A stretch of 64,000 nucleotides of DNA from positions 1,860,001 through 1,924,000 of the forward strand of contig CAVNZM010000008.1 of NCBI GenBank assembly GCA_963693365.1, written 5' to 3'. The number at the start of each line of letters is the position of its first letter. Within the stretch, counting starts at the first letter, position 1. Below the pieces are notes generated by a model. That model was not told where the DNA came from and searched no databases. It was given only the letters and a program-made list of their open reading frames with translations. Source of the stretch: Amoebidium appalachense. Taxonomy: Eukaryota > Protista > Ichthyosporea. This document shows, piece by piece, positions 63,732 through 64,000 of this stretch. The position numbers and the translations under genes are program-made.

Positions 63732-64000
63732 ATAAAAAAATAGGAAAAGAATGAAAAGATGCTAAAGAAATAGAAAAACAAGAGAGAAGAAAGAGAAAGA
63801 TACTTGACTCTGCTCCTGTCCCTAACTTGGGGTAGGGGTGGGGTGAGGTAGAATGGGATGGGGCAGGGTTGGGGTTGAGGGTGAGGGGGTTGTGTGGCTT
63901 CTTATTCTTATTCTCCTTCTTTTTTGTTTTTCTTTTTTTCTTTCTTTTTTTTTTTTTTTGTCGTGGTGGGGGGTGTGGGGGGGGGGGGGGGGGGGGGAGG
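61077..64000 (+). CDS. VPS18: Vacuolar protein sorting 18 (Pep3, HOPS/CORVET core), 5' part; runs off window
   Basis: Exons 61077-61160, 62765-62877 and 63608-63684 give MPLMDDYDSD...LPVSGYVDARLSVEAEAMFQLTKVEYKPPAPLLHMVVSNSIVVLALTNCHIIRIDLDNPEIVD. This matches the Vps18 N-terminus as recalled (SGYV.A.L...F....F.P....VSN......LRIDL). Confidence 0.85.

Overview
This is eukaryotic genomic DNA, probably from a holozoan protist (ichthyosporean-like). That assignment is inferred from the SH2 and PHR-domain genes plus very intron-rich, microsatellite-filled genes. Most long ORFs in the supplied track are artefacts of poly(G)/poly(C), (CA)n and (GA)n tracts, so I rebuilt the real genes by splicing by hand. 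Spliced genes: a BTB-BACK-PHR protein with at least 11 exons (minus), an SH2 adaptor (minus), TAF6 (minus, 4 exons), a Bni4/Phactr-type PP1-binding protein (plus) and the 5' part of VPS18 (plus). Also present are two intronless secreted Thr-rich GPI-type proteins, a frameshifted KCTD-BTB/SPRY gene and a pirin remnant. Two mobile-element systems stand out. (1) A family of 5'-truncated non-LTR retroelement copies ends in poly(C) rather than poly(A). Its 3' UTR folds into a ~165-nt rod with a canonical kink-turn and a long-range pseudoknot, supported by compensatory changes between subfamilies. (2) A ~6.5-kb unit with short TIRs and a 17-18-bp flanking direct repeat carries a spliced transposase-remnant / OTU deubiquitinase / Cys8 / Myb-like gene. 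A foldback MITE, a possible solo LTR, (CA)n-based splice acceptors and a GC-AG intron were also seen. All identifications are by motif recall; no database search was run.
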